NCBI RefSeq assembly: GCF_964194155.1
Contig: NC_135879.1
Location: forward strand, 128,712,001-128,776,000
Length of the DNA stretch: 64,000 nt
Origin: Cetorhinus maximus
Lineage: Eukaryota
Reading direction: 5' to 3'
Position 1 is the first letter of the stretch; every line of letters begins with the position of its first letter. Both the position numbers and the translations under genes were made by a program. The notes below the pieces were generated by a model, which saw nothing but the letters and a program-made list of their open reading frames with translations, did not search any database and was not told the DNA's origin. Positions 60,100 through 64,000 of this stretch are shown here, piece by piece.

Positions 60100-61915
60100 A
60101 TTATTTGTTCAAGGGATGTGGGCATCACTGGCAAGGCAGGCATTTAATTTCCCAACCCTAAATGCCCTTGAGGAGGTGGTCAATCCTGCAATCTTTGTGG
60201 TGCAGGTACACCCACAGTGTTGTTAAGGAGGGAATTCCAAGATTATGAACCAGCAACACCAAAAGGAACAGAGATATCTGGATGATGTGTGATTTGGAGG
60301 GGAACTTGCAAGTGGTGGTGGTGTTCCATGCATTTGCTGCCCTTATTTCTCTGGGTGGTAGAGGTCAAGGGTTTAAAAGGTGTTGTTGAAGCAGCATTGG
60401 TGAGTTGTTACAATGTAGATGGTACACATTACTGCCACTCTGCACTTGTGCTGGAGGGGGTGTTATGATATGGCAGGTGATATTTGCCAGGCTGACCAAA
60501 TCCCAAAGGGAAGCTTGGTCAAGTTATCACAACAATTTGAAATTTGTATTTTTATTATGAGGAGGTATGTGTACTGAAGTCAGAAGTAAAAATTCCATGA
60601 CCACTTTTGGAGATTTCAAATATTGAATTAAAACATTTATTAACAAAAGAAAGAAAACTTAAACACACAAGATTACAGTTACACAGTTAAATAGTCTTAT
60701 AACATTTCCCAAAAGATTGCTACTTAGCTAGACTCACGAATACCCTTTTCCAGGCAACAGTCCCTATAGATTCTTAATCTACAAAACATCCAGTTATATA
60801 ACTGCAAGGCACCCACTGTTGTGAGAAGGAAGGTATATCACAAGCTTCTCTCTCCCTCGACAATGAAAATCCAAGGCTTGTAACAAAACCTTGCTTTCTG
60901 GACCAACCTGACACTTTTCTGTGGTGGCTAGAAGTTGCTTCCTTCACAAGACTGTGCTCACACAGAACTCTCTTCTAGATCATATGGCCACACACCTCAA
61001 ATAGTTTTCAATCTTTCCTTAAATACATTTTTCCCCTTTCATCTTTAGGCCCATTGTTCTTATCTATCTTTTCAAAGTTACCTTTCCCAGAATCTAAAAT
61101 CTTTCAAGTTGTCTTTATGGCCACCATTTTTGGGAAAAATAAACTTAATAACTTTTATGATCTTTGCCAGTTGCAAAACTTCCTTATACCTTTTTGAAAT
61201 TCAATAGCCAAAAATTCACTCCTTATTGATCTCCTAATGTAAATTCCTATTCATGTTGTAGCTAATTGTATCCTATCTTAGTTCATCCACTTCCACTTCA
61301 AAATGCCTGCTTTTACACCTAAGCCCTTTGATGATTTAAACCTTGCAGTTTGACTGTCTTCAGTTTAATTAAATTTGTCACACACACATACATACACACA
61401 ACAAACAAAGCCCCCATAGTAATATTGGAAAAATTATAATTTCTTTAGAGGTAAATGTTTAAAGCTGTATATGGCATGCCAATCAAGTGGTCAGCTATGG
61501 CCTAGACGTTGTCAAGCTTCTTGAGTGCCATTGGAGTTGCACTCATCTAGGTGGAGCAAGTGGAGAGTATTCTATCACACTTCTGACTAGTGCTTTGTAG
61601 ATGGTGGACAGGCTTGAGTCAGGTGATGAGTCACTCACTGCAGAAAGTGATGGTAAATAAGTGTGAAGAGGAGATGGTTTGATCCTCTCTGGTTGGTGAT
61701 GGTATTTGCATGGCATGTGTGCGGCACAAATGTTACTTGTCACTTATCAGCCCGAGTATGAATGTTGTCCAGGTTTTGCTACATGCAGGCACAGACTGCT
61801 TCAGTATCTCAGGAATTACAAAGGACTGAACACTGTGCAATCATCAGCGAATATTCCATTTCTGACCTTATGATGGAGGGAAGGCCATTCATTGATGAAG
61901 CGGCTGAAGATGGAA
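60100..61915 (-). mobile_element. LINE (second family) 3' part split by a solo LTR
   Basis: Tail at 60100-60460; LSTIYKALVRSVIEYSPLA and GIFADDCTVF after 61450. Confidence 0.8.
60461..61445 (-). mobile_element. Solo LTR (same family as 57534-58367)
   Basis: Starts TGTTATGATATGGCAGGTG...GGGAAGCTTGGTC, colinear with 57534; the far end is degenerate. Confidence 0.75.
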
Positions 61916-61929
61916 GCTGACGTCAGTAA

Positions 61930-62650
61930 TGGTGATTGTGAAGCTGTCGGTTTGTCACAAAAACCCAACCACTTACCCAATATCCTGCTGTTCTTAACCA
62001 TCTGACCTACGTAACATGCAACAATGTGATTAACCCTTAACTGCCTGCCAAAATGGCCTAGCAAGCCACCTAATTGTATCAAAAGTCTACAGGAATAATA
62101 AAGTAAAACTGGACGAAACATCAGGCAACAATCCAGGCATCAGATTCAGACACAACAAAGACACAACCAACCCTACTGGCCCTTCAAAGTCCTCAGGGGC
62201 TTATGTTAAAACTGTCCCACAGGTTAGTCCAGCAATAACCTGACATAATCATACTCTCAAAATCATATCTTTCAACCAATGTCCCAAACTTCTCCATCAC
62301 CATCCCCAAGTACATCCTTCCCCACTGGCAGGACAGACCAACCAGATGTCATGACACAGAGGTATACAGTCAGAGGGAGTGGCCTTGGAAGTCCTCAACA
62401 TTGACCCTGGACCCTATGAAGCGTCACGGCATCAGGTCAAGCATGGGAAATGAAACCACATGGTGATTACCACCTAGTGCCCTCCCCTCAGCTGATGCAT
62501 CAGTACTGCTTGATATAAACCACCACTTGGAAGAAGCACACAGGGTAGTAAGGGCATAGAATATACTCTGGATGGAGAACTTCAATATCTATCTTCAAGA
62601 GTAACTTGGTAGCACCACCATTGATTAAGCCCTGAAGGACATTTGGCCAA
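61930..62650 (+). mobile_element. LINE 5' region and endonuclease remnant (second family)
   Basis: Degenerate PDIIILSKSYL, WQDRP and QVKHG segments, matching the inverted copy at ~41700-41990. Confidence 0.65.
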
Positions 62651-62659
62651 ACCAGTTTT

Positions 62660-64000
62660 TTTTATTCATTCACAGGATGTGGGCTTCGCTGGCAGGGCCA
62701 GCATTTATTGCCCATCCCTAGTTGCCTTTGGGAAGATGGTGGTGAGCTGCCTTTTTGAACTGCTGCAGTCCATGTGATGTAGGTACACCCACAGTGCTTT
62801 TAGGAAGGGAGTTCCAGGGTTTTGACCCAGCGATAATGAAGGAACAGTGATATATTTCCAAATCAGGATGGTGAGTGACTAGGAAGGGAAATTCCAGGTG
62901 GTGGTGTTCTCATCTACTTGCTGTCCTTGTCCTTCTAGACGGTAGTGGTTGTGAGTTTGGAAGGTGCTGTCGAAGAAGCCTTGGTGAATTCCTGCAGTGC
63001 ATCTTGTAGATGGTACACACTGCTGCTACTGTGCATTGGTGATGGAGGGAGTGAATGTTTGTAGATGTGTTGCCAATCAAGCAGGCTGCTTTGTCCTGGA
63101 TGGTGTCAAGCTTCTTCAGTGTTGTGGAAGCTGCACTCATCCAGGCAAGTGAGGAGTATTCCATCACACTCCTGACCTGTACCTTGTAGATGGTGGACAG
63201 GCTTTGGGGAGTCAGGTGGTGGATTACTTGTCGCAGGATTCCTAGCCTCTGACCTGCTCTTGAAGCCACAGTATTTATATGGCTAGTTCAGTTCAGTTTC
63301 TGGCCAATGCTAATACCCAGGATGTTGATAGTGGGGGATTCAGTGATGGTAATGCCATTGAACATCAAGGGGCGATGGTTGGATTCTCTCATGCAGAAAA
63401 TGATCAGTGCCAAACACTTGTGTGGTGCGAATGTTACTTGCCACTTATCAACCCAAGCCTGGATATTGTCTAGGTCTTGCTGCATTTGGACATCGACTGC
63501 TTCAGTATCTGAGTCGCCGCAAATGGTGAACATTGTGCAATCATCAGCAAACATCCCCACTTCTGACCTTACGATGGAAGGAAAGTCACTGATGAAGCAG
63601 CTGGAGATGGTTGGGCCGAGGGCACTACCCTGAGATACTCCTGCAGTGATGTCCTGGAGCTGAGATGACTGACCCCCAACAACCACAACTATCTTCCTTT
63701 GTGCTAGGTATAACTCAACCAGCAGAGAGTTTTCCACCTGATTCCCATTGACTCCAGTTTTGCTAGGGTTCATTGATGCCACAATCAGTCAAATGTGGCC
63801 TTGATGTCAAGGGCAGTCACTCACCCCTCACCTCAAGAGTTCAGCTCTTTTGTCCATGTTTGAACCAAGGCTGTAAATGAGGTCAGGAGCCGAGTGGCCT
63901 TGACGGAACCCAAACTGGGCGTCAGTGAACAGGTTCTTGCTAAGCAAGTGCTGTTTGATAGCATGTTGATGATCCCTTCCATGACTTTACTGATGCTTGA
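62660..64000 (-). mobile_element. LINE (CR1/L2-clade, second family), RT domain to 3' end, running off the window
   Basis: ORF 63288-63782 GVSQGSALGP...GMFADDCTMF; ORF 62910-63269; A-rich tail at ~62660. Confidence 0.92.

Noticed and set aside
7544-63782. Numerous 60-180 aa RT-like ORFs as active retrotransposon genes
   Set aside because: All are fragments with stops, frameshifts or truncations; there is no intact ORF2 in the window.
44985-64000. Upstream RELL1 exons (transmembrane region and the short preceding exon)
   Set aside because: No phase-compatible, homologous exon was found by eye; they probably lie beyond the window.

Overview
Eukaryotic, repeat-dense vertebrate DNA. The repeat complement (CR1/L2-type LINEs, a Deu-domain SINE, PIF/Harbinger-type TIR elements, Penelope-type hammerhead motifs, solo LTRs) suggests a cartilaginous fish such as a shark; this is an inference. 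There are no prokaryotic features or CRISPR arrays. Two convergent host genes are readable. On the + strand is a two-coding-exon PGCKA1/C4orf19 orthologue (3322-3353 joined to 5912-6752; 290 aa, MGCRCC... to ...ALAALEAATAGED). On the - strand are the last four exons of a RELL1 orthologue (44984-44754, 37667-37511, 35602-35574, 20245-20170) plus a ~3.8 kb putative 3' UTR; its 5' exons were not found and probably lie beyond 64000. Most remaining ORFs are LINE debris or low-complexity artefacts. The best candidate novelties are: (1) ~1 kb of foreign, decayed coding-like sequence embedded in a CR1 ORF1 between ~24-bp duplications, possibly a captured viral or cellular RNA; (2) a RELL1 micro-exon with two 5' splice sites giving two C-termini; (3) inverted MITE copies bracketing three RELL1 exons, a circRNA-type architecture; (4) three minimal hammerhead-ribozyme motifs. 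All family and gene calls rest on motif recognition by eye, and repeat boundaries are approximate.
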